Positions 22,331 to 34,300 of a stretch of 64,000 nucleotides of DNA are shown one piece after another. Within the stretch, counting starts at the first letter, position 1, and the number at the start of each line of letters is the position of its first letter. Source of the DNA: Phoronis australis (taxonomy: Eukaryota; Animalia; Phoronida); the NCBI GenBank assembly GCA_002633005.1, contig NMRA01000002.1:574044-638043 (forward strand), written 5' to 3'. A program made the translations under genes and the position numbers. A model generated the notes under the pieces. It searched no databases. It was not told the origin of the DNA and saw only the letters and a program-made list of their open reading frames with translations.

Positions 22331-25300
22331 ATGTTCATCTATTTGAGTAAAAAGGTAAGTGGATTTCTTATATAAAAATACTCAGTGCGTTTATCTAGTC
22401 TCTCGGAAAGTGAGGTAAAAGTGCTTGTTGTCAAGTACGCTTTGAATGAAGTTGCAAGAATGTCAACAGACAACAGCAGCGGAATGAACAAATAATCGAA
22501 TCGTGAGTCAGTCAGAGTGTACGAAGCTGCTCACGGAGTACTCACGCACTAGCATTACTAAGATGAAATTACACAGCAACCGGTCTAGTCAGATCAAATG
22601 CGTCTGGGACAGTAAGGGTTATTCTTCTACTAGGCAATGACCATCGCCTCAGTTGGCCCGAACCAGAGGCGATGTAGAGGCTATAGGCGCTCTGTACGCC
22701 GGAAGCTTTTCGGCGAATTATGCCTCGCACCGACTAAACCATCAAAGTCACGTTGTTATAAATACCTTTTGCGCATAGAGGGAGGTTGTCGATGTGTTTA
22801 AGTCCTTCCAACTCCAACAAATACTCCCGTTATGAAACTTTTTCTTCGATCAGTCCCTATTTCAGTTCCCAAAATCGTGAAATCAAAATTTTTGTACTGC
22901 GCACGCTCCAATGTGACATAACCTCAATAATTTTTAAATAGGCCAAAGGTGAGCCATTGCGGTCTTGTGAGTCAAATGTTCGTTTCCAAAATGCCACCAC
23001 TTATACTTGTCTTTAATTGGCGTTACTTGAAACTGTTTGTATTTCAATGAATCATTGTTTGTATTTGATAAAAATAAATGCTGATGATATGACATTTAAT
23101 AGTCTTTGTGTACATATTTGACATTTTTATGTTTAACAACACGGCAAATGCATGGCTGGTTCCCGGCAGCACGTACGCAAAGGGCGGGAACTTCAGCTTT
23201 CAAAGTTCGCCGGTAGGATCGCAACTTCTGACCTTCGGCCTGATTAAAAAAATGCAAATTTGATTTCACGATTTTGGGAACTGCAATAGAGACTGATCGA
23301 AGAAAAAGTTTCATAACGGGAGTATTTGTTGGAGTTGGAAGGACTTAAACACATCGACAACCTCCTAAGGTGTTCCTCTATGCGCAAAAGGTATTTATAA
23401 CAACGTGACTTTGATGGTTTAGTCGGTGCGAGGCAGAGCGCCTATAGCCTCTACATCGCCTCTGGTTCGGGCCAACAGAGGCGATGGTCATTGCCTATTC
23501 TTCTACTAGTCAGTGCTATGCAATGACTATCGCCTCTGTTGGCCCCACCAGAGGCAATGCAGCTCTGATAGGTGCTCCATACACCGGAAGATTTTCGGCG
23601 AATTATGCCTCGCACTGACTAAAACATCAAAGTCACGTTGTTATAAATACCTTTTGCGCATAGAGGAACACCTTAGCTTAGGAGGTTGTCGATGTGTTTA
23701 ATTCCTTCCAACTCAATCAAATACTCCCGTTATCAAACTTTTTCTTCGATCAGTCCCCATTTCAGTTCCCAAAATTGTGAACTCAACATTTTTGCACTGC
23801 GCACGCCAACAGATATGACATTCTAAGGTGTCCCTCTATGCGGAAAAGGTATTTATAACCACGTGACTTTGATGTTTTAGTCGGTGCGAGGCATGAAAAG
23901 CTTCCGGCGTATGGAGCGCCTATAGGAGCTGCATCGCCTCTGGTCGGGCCAACAGAGGCGATGGTCATTGCCTATACCAGTGCCAGCTGGCAGCCAGTTT
24001 CTTTGGCCCAAAGCTGTATAAAAATATTCAGCTTTGCGCCGATGTGGGTGAGAAACTGGTCTGATAAAATCTGACACAAAATTAGTGTCATTAAATTAGT
24101 GTCATTACTCTTCCTTGAGTAAACTAAATTATTTGCTGATTTTAAAAAATTGACGTTCTACCCTTATTATCCTGATGAAGTTAAGGACCGATCTTATGCA
24201 TCGTATTTCAATGCCATAAAATATAGCGTCACCTGTTGGCCACTTTCTTTGTTGCGGATTCTTCAATCAACTGTTCTTGTTCCACAAGGTTGCATGCATG
24301 TCAAAACAAATTATCGTAACTGGTTTTATTTCGTTTTTGTATTTTAATGCCAGCAAACCAAATATACTTTGTTGCTGCGAAGCTGCCGTCGTCTTCTGAG
24401 AAATGTCGCAAAATTTAGGAAATAGAGCGTGCACCTACCACAAGCTTACTGTTTTCAAATCAAGGACATACTTTTCTTTGTTGCAAATGGTGGAGAATTA
24501 TGTGAGAGAATGACACTTAGGAACTGAAACCTAAACCATCTATTTTGCCCAATTTTCATCTTATTTTTTTGGGTAAGATTGATCTTAACCTAACAAGGAA
24601 TTCAATTTCAAAAGCAAAATAGTTTTAATCCATGACGCTTCAACTTATTTTTCCCACTGTTTTACTGACTGCCATGAAGTCAGTTATCGCTAATATGGTA
24701 ACTAGACTAATATGGTACTACACTAACATGGTAACTACAGTGCTCCTGATAAACTGGCTTCTTGACGACAACAGCTTTCTTACAAATTGTAAAAAATACT
24801 AGGTGCTGTAAAACAGGCCGAGTTTCTAATGAGTACTTTATAGAAACATGACCCATTCCATGGTACCTTATACTTTATCAGTGTTTATGTACAAGAACTG
24901 CCATTGCCAGCCTGTGGCATTGTGCTTTTGATCTAAGTTTCTTTTGTATCAGAACATAGCAAGTATTTCATCAGAAATGGCTTATAGAGCAACTCTTTCA
25001 TGTATGGTAGAGTGGTCTGTATCTGTGTAATGCTGGATACAAAACTGCTGAGATGGTTCAACAATGGACCAGATTGATACCTGCATTCAAAAATGTTCTA
25101 TGTCTGTAGTTGAAACTTAACAGAAGATTTTTGTAATAAATAGTGACAAGTTTTTACAGGTTGTCCTGGTCATTTTGATGGTAAGCCTTATAAATACAAA
25201 ACCATGCCCCTTGGGTCCTGTAATACAGAATGTTTATTTACCTGTTAAAGTTACTGAGACGTTGTCATGGTACCTGTCATGTTTTTCAGATTGCCATTCC

Positions 25301-28300
25301 CAACAACACTCGACTGAGATGTGTCTCTTGGAATCGCGCCCAGGGATTCATAGCTTGTGGTGGAGAGGATGGCCTTCTGAAGGTTCTCAAATTAGAGACA
25401 ACCTCAGGTAATGAGAAGTATACAAGTGCCTACCATACTGCAATAAGAGGAATGTAAGGATGGAACATACTGGTGTAGTGGAGTGTATTTGAGGTTTAGA
25501 CTACTTCACAAGTGAATTTAACATGTTATTTAGGAGGCGGCCTCTGCTCCTACTGGTCAGGACCAAGTATACACCTGTGACAACTGTAGCAGAACGTGCT
25601 GCTCCAGAATCAGACTTTTTAGCCACATGCGATGCTACAAACCAACCAATAATTGATGGATGGCGCATATCCATGTCTCTCAAGACAGACGGCTGCCAAT
25701 GATCATATTTGGAAACAAACTGCCTGATGCTAAATGAATTAAATTCATATTTTGCATGAAGTGAATTTTTGTTCTAACCTGTTGAATATCTTGAAAAAAT
25801 CACATTGCAAGGATACGAGAAGTCTTTTAGGTAATTAAACCAATGTTTAGTTTGTGTTCTAGTTTTAAATACTTGATTCACTGATGTTTCATGAAGTTGT
25901 CATGGTGTGTTAAATGAATATTATTGATAGGACATTATCGGTTTTACGTCTGAAAAATGCCTTTTTTGGTATTACTGTGGGATGAGATAAAGTTCTTAAT
26001 TATTATCTTTTACTAAAGCTATAAAACAACAAAATCCAATTTTATGATTTCAGTACACGTTGCCAATTCTCCCAATTCTCTACCAGACATTTGCTGATCA
26101 AGTCTGGTGGCTTCACTAGTTAAATACTCATGAAATATTGTACCATTCATCAAGTGGAGTTTAGGTCCACCAGAGAACATTAGAATGTGGCTGCAGGGGT
26201 CAAAAGTTCAAATCTGAACTAAGGATTGGTTTAGAAAATCGCCTTTCTCAACTACCGTATTCGCCATAATAACCGCCCATGCCCATATAAGCGCCCCCCA
26301 CGCGTTTTCAGACTTTGCTGAAATAAGCGCCCAGTCCATGAACGTGTACATGCGAACAATGACGTACCTACACTCCTAAAACTCGGCTACAAACGTCTTC
26401 AATTTATCAAAAAAATTTTGCACGGGTCTTCTAGTTCTAGACAACAAGCGACACAGCTACTTTTGTAGCCTATTTAGCCGTGACTTATCACTTCAAAGTA
26501 ACGCAGCGCTTCAAAATGAACGCAACAGCGTTGCTTCGCTCTCGCGACGACCGTGTCCCACTGTGGTCTGACCTTTCAGTAGACACATCGACTGTCTCAT
26601 GAATAAAAATAACTCGGTGTTAAACGCACGTGGCCAGGAAGCGCGCGCTACATACATGAACCTATCATCAAAGACATTAGTCAGGAACTATCCATTCATG
26701 AAACGGGTAGCTTAGCATCGATAAGAATTGAATATTGGCACTAATTTCCGACAATTTCTAATACTATAAAACATGTTTGCGTTATTTTTAAGATGGATTG
26801 TTTGATTAACCATAATTCGTGTTTTTAAGCCCAATATCCAATAAAGTGACAACTGACAGTGAATGCTTACACACCCTTACACCGAAAAATAACTGTCAGA
26901 TAGTTACGTACGCATCCTGCCACACGGCGACTAATATGGGCCTTACCGAGACAAAATGTCGAAAGTTTTTAGCACGAGACCGGCAAGTGCTGAATGAAAC
27001 ACGCTCTGGTTTAGGCCTACTGCTTGTGCAAATTTCTTTAGACACATTACATTGCGTGGCTCTGGCCAAAAGACGGTCTCTGCTTTGGCAAATGAACTCT
27101 GGTGACACGCACGCGCTCGCTTACTGGCAGACGAACTTCAAAACAAACGTCACGTGACTACAACATGCGTGTTCGTCCACACATTTTTCTCGCCATGTTG
27201 CCGATCATACATGTAGATGGCACGATGTTGCACAGATTTGTACTTAAACCTGCCGTTAATCCAGACTCCACGGGAACTTAAAAAAATCTTAGAGACTCTA
27301 CTTATAAAACTTAATGAGGATTTCAGGTAATTTGCTTGAGTCGAAACCATTTTTATTCAAGCATAAAAGTCGCCATATCGAAGTTGGTGATTTCGAGGCA
27401 GTCAGTCGGCGAGTTTTCGCCCTGGGATTTCAGCACAATTTTCTGTAAAATGATCATAATTTAGCAGCCAAGTTTGATAGCAATGCACCACAGTTTTGTT
27501 GAAAGTCTTTCATAGATTACATATACGTCACTGAGCGTAAATTTGTTGAATCTTAGCTTCCGATTTCACCCGTTTCGGAGACCGGGTTTCAACCGCCTTG
27601 GGTTATAATAAGCGCCCCCCCCCCCCGAACTTTTCTAAGCGCCCTGGGCGGTTATTACGGCAAATACGGTATATTGTCACAAGAGCTAATGTGAAATATC
27701 AACAACATTTTACAGGCAAGGATGGCAAAGTGAAGGGGTTGGCAGCACCAAGCAACTTGTCCATGAACCAGACTCTGGAAGGTCACAGTGGTATGTGTAG
27801 CTCTGAACTCTCGGTCAATTAGAATGTTTTAAGTGATCGCAAATTATACAAAGTACTTGGTAGAAACTGTAAAGCATGCGTAATATTTACAATCTTTTGG
27901 TATCTCTATTTTTCGCTCTGTTCTCTTGAGAATTTTGTATGTCTAAGAGCTGTATACAAATATAATGACAAGATAGTATGTATGTTGACTTGATATTTAT
28001 GTTTTGTTACAACACAAATGGTAAAATGTCACCAATTGTATAGGAAAAATAGCTCCCAAAAGTTGTCTTGTTTCACATTTTAGAGGTTTCAAATCGCAGA
28101 GCGTGAATGACTGCAATTTCTCAAGATGTTATGTGATGGTAGTTGTGATAGTGAACTTAACATTTGATTGGTGCTTTTTGTTGTGGAAAATGAAAAAACA
28201 AAATTCAGTCAACCATATTGTGTCCTAAATTAATGAAACTTTACTGGAATGTTTTTACTTCAACTCGGCCATTGCAATTACGCTGACAACGTTTGAGAAA

Positions 28301-31300
28301 GCTTTTGTGTTGATTTATTAACTTTGGGCATGGTATTCATAGGTGCGGTCCAGGTGGTGACATGGAATGAGTACCACCAGAAACTGACCACCAGTGACCA
28401 GTATGGACTCATCATTGTGTGGATGCTCTATAAAAGTGAGTCATCACAAGGCTTTTTATGTTTTTTTCTGACCTGATAACATTGGATTTCAAGGCAATTA
28501 CAACTGATTTTGGACACTTACAGTGGCTATATACCCACATCCCATTGCAAAAAAAAAAACATCTTCTATGTAGAAATGGATCTCAGATTGTTCCTTAGTC
28601 TAATTCTAGATGATTTCAGAAAGTTGAAAGAACTGACAGTTCGTTATTGATTGAGATTAGGCTTTACAAGTTAGCTTGTCATGTCGTGTCATTTTATCCG
28701 CCAAGCATGGTCTCAATGAATAACAAACTGTCAGTTCTTTCCAAACCCTTAAATCCCTTCCTGTCTGTGTAAGGACGAACTGGAGTCCAATTTTATAGCT
28801 GCAGTAAGTCGTTTTAGTCAAAAACTCGCTTTTCAAGTGGTACGTGGGTTCATGATTGCATTAAAGTTTATACTGTTGTTCTGCAATCTACAGAAAATCA
28901 TACAATTAATTTGAGCAAGATATTTTAGCAATGAGTTCATTTTATACAACTTGGTACATAGCACAACATTTCTTGTTTCTCCAAACTCAATTGATTTGTA
29001 TTTATAAGCTTTCATAGCTGTGTTTATCCAGTCTTAACTATGCTTGTTAGCTTAGTATAGTAATGATACAATCATGTTGATACGCTGTCGCAAAATAGTG
29101 CATCACATCAAGCTTATGAAATTTTATTCCATAGTTAAGTTATAGTAATCATTTTTAATAACTTTCAAAAAGCCGTTGGCTATTTCTGAGATTTGTAAAT
29201 TACGTGTTACTTTATAACGTGTTAATTTCTAGATTCGTGGTATGAGGAAATGATCAACAATAGGAACAAATCTGTTGTGAGAGGCATGAAGTGGAACTGT
29301 GATGGACAAAAGATATGCATTGTTTATGAAGACGGTAGGGACTTTTATTAATTGGAAATTGCTAATAAGTGCAGTAAAGTATAGCTCATGAATACTTTGT
29401 TGAACGGGCATCAATGAGGTGGGGCCTGGATATGTGGAGTACAGTAAGGGGCTGTCGGCAGGACAGCAAGGGGCAGTCAGCTGGACAGCGAGGGGCAGTC
29501 AGCAGGGCATCAAGGGGCAGTCAGGAGGACAGCAGGGGGGCAGTCAGCAGGACTGCAAGTGACGGTGAGCAGGACAGCAAGTGGCGGTCAGCAGGACTGA
29601 GTGGATAATACATTCATTGTCCAGATCCATCCCCAGTCGTCCTTCAGACATTCAATGGTTGTTTGAAAAATTTTGTGAATGTCTTAAAGTGTCGAGTGAT
29701 TGTCTTGGCCCATCCAAGAAGAAAAGCGTTACTTTCTACCATAATTTAAGTATAGCTGACTCAAATCTACCAGTAACTGTGGGATAGTTAGGGAGCTTAT
29801 GGGTTACGTGATATGAAAAGCATTGTAGTGTTATCCTGCATCTAGTTTTGGTTATTAGAGTGCTCAATCCAAAATGGTTGTAGCCCATGTACTGAATTTT
29901 TAAACTGTCTTGAAGGTGCTGTCATTGTGGGCTCTGTAGATGGCAACAGGATCTGGGGCAAGGAACTGAAGAGTTTACAGTTGGCTCAAGTAGAGGTAAA
30001 CCTGATATTTTAAATAACTTTACTATGTGCCGAGATATTCCAATTTTTCTCTTGTTGTCTTAATAGCCTGTAAAAGATGAAAAATAGAAGAGTTTATTCA
30101 TTAGCGTAAGTTTAACTGAGCAATGTTAGTACGGGCAGTTAAATCCAAAAAAAGGAATGGACTTGCACAAATTGGCCTTTGTCCTGTGTCACTCCGTATG
30201 TTCTGCACGTATGCTGAGTGTGTTCTGATTCATTATATGTTAAGCAGAAAAAACTAAACAATTTCTGCAACATTTGTTTTTATTAGACTGTCAGTTTCAT
30301 AAAAAGTGATTTTGAAGTAATATCATTTATACTCTGTTCTCAGTGGTCAGCTGATGGTAAAGTGATCTTGTTTGGCATGACCAATGGTGAAGTGCAAATT
30401 TACGACAGCGGTGGCAACTTTATCGTAAGTATACTTTACTCCTAAATGTTCAAACACTGATTTTTGTTTTACCTTACACCTGTTTCCAACAGTATGATGG
30501 TTTAATATTCTCTGTTGTGTGAGGAATTCTGTTCACCTTGTAGTGTCGTTTGCCTGAAATAGGCTCAGAACAAATACATTAAGTAAATGATTTTAGGTAT
30601 ACTATTTTTACATTGTATTAATGTAGTGAAAGAAATGACTGACATCATTAAAGAATTAATGATTAAATTTGTTACAAAACTGCAACTATGTCCATGACGT
30701 TTCTGAAGGCGTGATCATTAGCTGGTATCAAATAGGCATGCTAATTTCAATATTTCTTTCATGTGTTTTGTTCACTGAATGAATTTTCCACGCCATGTTG
30801 AACTGGTTGAATGTACTATGAGGTGTGTATTGGAGAGCACCGCAAACCCTCATCCTAGAATTACCGACAGTCATTCATCAGCTAAGTAATGACTATAAAT
30901 CTATCCTAAAGAAGGCTCTAATGTCAACTTCTCTATGCTACAAGTTGTCTCACAATTTCCACACAGTCCAAGCTGAACATCTACTGTCTGGCCAACGTTA
31001 CTGGTGTCGTCCACATTGCTGGTATTGAGTGGTACAAGGGAGAGTATGGATACGTTGAGCCTAACTGTCCATGCCTGGCCATATTCTATGATACTGGTCG
31101 CTGTCAGATCATGCGCAACGAGAATGACGAAGGTAAGTTGTTAGTTAAACTGTTACGATGGACCCACATTGCTTCCAGTAAAAGAACTTTTGACTTGGAC
31201 CACTTAGTGCTGTGGAATTGGTCTCAACTTATCTGTTACTCAGATGAGAAGTGGATTTAGAAAGAACTGAAAGCTTGGTGTTCCTTGTGACGGCTTGGTG

Positions 31301-34300
31301 CATAAAATGACACGCTGAGACGTGCCATCTTATAGTGTCTGGTGTTAAGTAATAACCAACTCACAGTTCTTTTAAAGCCCTGACATCATTTGGAATTAGA
31401 CTAAGGAACAATTTAAGACCAATTTCACAATAGATGAGTGGTCTAGCTTAAAAATCTTGCTTTTTGTGAATGAAGACAACTTTATAGCAGTTGTTGTTCT
31501 AAGGTTGTGTTTGGTTTCAGTTAATAGTTATTTTATGAAGCTTATTCAATGTGTAAGCAAAGTGAATAGTGTTGAAGTTTTTAAATTTCTGCTGTAATTG
31601 TTATGGTCGCAGGTTTTGTCAGTGGCCATATGTAGTGTAATTCTTTAAGCTGCGATGTAGCCGATTTTTGTTATTATTTAATTTGCGAAATATCATAAGA
31701 TTTATCTCATCCCTTTATTGTATTGATTGTGGGGGTAAATGTCTGTTACCGTAGAGTTCTCTGTATGTATAGCATTGCAGAATTTAGTTATTTTTAGATT
31801 GTTGTCTATAGCAGGTATGTCCACTGTTGTCTATTGTACACGAGCTCATGATATTGGAATCTCTCTGTAACAAGGTTGGCCATAATTTTTGTGCCCTCTT
31901 TTCCAGAGCCTGTCCTGGTAGACACTGGCATGCAGGTGGTAAAAGTATGTTGGAATCACTGCGGGTCCGTACTCGCAGTGGCCGGCTCACAGAGGGCGAC
32001 AGGAGGCGAAAAGGATATCAATGTGGTGCAGTTCTACACACCATTTGGTGAAGTATGTCTCTTGGTGCTACTGTTGGGAAACAGTAATGCATTGGGTTGA
32101 ATTAATCAATTGGGATTGTTTTATCAAACCTCTTCTGCATTTAATTCTTATCATGAGAGGTTTTTAGCCCTTGAATTACTCTGAAACACAAACCTGTCAA
32201 ATTTTATTTCCTGCGAAATTGCCCGCAATCTCTTGAGAATTGCCCATGATAATGAGATGTTTTGTTGGTAGTTCAGTAGTGAGTGTGAATCACTGCATTG
32301 TTTAACTTTCTTCTCTAAATTGTGTTTGTCTTCCAGCATCTAAGAACGCTGAAAGTGCCTGGGAAACAGATGTTCTCGGCCTCCTGGGAAGGCGGCAGCC
32401 TGAGGATTGCGCTGGCTGTAGATTCGTTTATTTATTTTGCCAACATTAGGCCGGATTACAAGGTGCGATTCATTGTTCTTATAACTACACACAGTGATAG
32501 TAGACAACTTTCAAATAGCAATGTGGGTGCTGATCACATAGGGGTAGATACTAATGTCCTCTTGAGGACGAGGAGGCAATTTAACTTTTCTTAGAACATA
32601 TCACATCTAGTCATATTCACTGTAACAGGGGCTGCTCACGAAGTCAAAATGTTCCTTATACCACCCACTGCTGGTGCAGCCGTGTAGCAATAAGAGTCGT
32701 TGGTCCTATGTGATCAGCCTCTATTGCTTTCTGAAAGTCTCCCGTTAGATTAAGTAAACATCATCAATTTAAAACTAGAATAAATGAGGTTTATTTCAAT
32801 CAGCAGACGTTGTCTCAAAGCAGTGTAGGATCTCTATTGTGTAGTTGTAGACAATTAGGAATAATGACTTGTAGCAGTTAAAAAAAACTGCGACGTGTAT
32901 TCTATTACAGATGTTGCTCAATGTGGTGTAAATTGTTAATTGTGATCAAGAATTGTCATTTTACAAGATAATTTAGAATTTAAGTCATATTTTAGTCCTC
33001 CTTGATTGCATTGAATTGAAATGCATTCAAATAAAATTAATAACAGATTTGATGATTTTGTTCATAGTGTCATTAAGTGGGCGGATGCCTTTTAATTTCA
33101 TCAGATGACGACTTACCTTCTAGTAAGATGCAAAATGGTGAAATGAAATTGCATGCATCTAGATTTCAGGAATGTTTTTGACGTACGACCAAAAGGGGGC
33201 AGAACAAGACAGAGATTGTACAATAAACAAAAATTGTTGACTATACATTGTAAATGTGACCTTTATCATCAAAGTTATCGTTGTTAATCTTATTTAATGG
33301 CCGTAGCCAAGAACTAAAATAGAAATTTTGTGTTGACACTGTGATCTCATGGGTTGCACAGTCTAGACTCTGGTGTGTCGGTTTGTGGTTTTGTTATTAA
33401 GTGTCACACTTGTCTTTTGTAGTGGGGATATTGCAGCAACACTGTAGTGTATGCGTTTACTAAGCCTGACAGAGTTGAACATTGCGTGATATTCTGGGAT
33501 ACAAAGAATAATGATGTGAGTATGGCAATAAATCCATTACCTAATTATACTTAGTCAAGCATGAAATCATGTGAAGAAAATCTTATCTACTGGGTTATTT
33601 ACCGAGCTTCACAAGGCTAATGGCATCATTAGGGTAATTCATGAGTGCAACTATACTGTAACTTGTTTTGCTATAAATGAGCACGTTGATATGACATAAG
33701 TAAGAAGTAAGGTGATGTAGGACCCTAGAAAATTGACCAAATTTGGATATCTTCAGGTCATCATATCTCTGAAATGGCTAATTGGATTCATATGAAACTC
33801 TCAGATACTACGCAATTGGATATTTTATGAAAAATTCAAAAGATGTATTAAATAAAAATGAAGTGAAAATTTTGAAGACTGTAACAGCATTTTGAGATTT
33901 TATTTTGGACATTTATATCAAAACCAATTATTGATGTCAGGCATAGTTTGGCTATGAATTTACCTTTCTTTTTTGTTAAGTTTAAATTACTTGTTCATGA
34001 GACCCAATTAGTTGTAGTTTGGTATGAAGTCAGAAATCAAAGTGTGCAGAGTTTCTATTTTCAGATTCTACTTTCACCCTGTTAAAATCTATAATAGTTT
34101 TATAGATATTTTGATAAATGCATAGACTTGTGGATAAGATCCTACATAAGCTTTACATTTCTTACTTGTACAGTAACTCTGTGAAGAGTTATGAGGATTA
34201 TCATGTTACAAATGCCTGTTATAGTTAATTACTAATAATAATTGTGTTGGTACCCAGGGTACCGTATAGTGTTGAGTGCTCAATATGCTCTTAAGCAACT

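Noticed and set aside
22633-23972. Repeat array considered as CRISPR-like or as duplicated small genes
   Set aside because: Long inverted arms without spacers in an animal intron; explained as MITEs, and the ORFs are incidental.
24690-24738. Three ctaa(t/c)atggtaacta units resembling RFX half-sites
   Set aside because: Short tandem duplication lacking the GTTNCC half; not a credible X-box.
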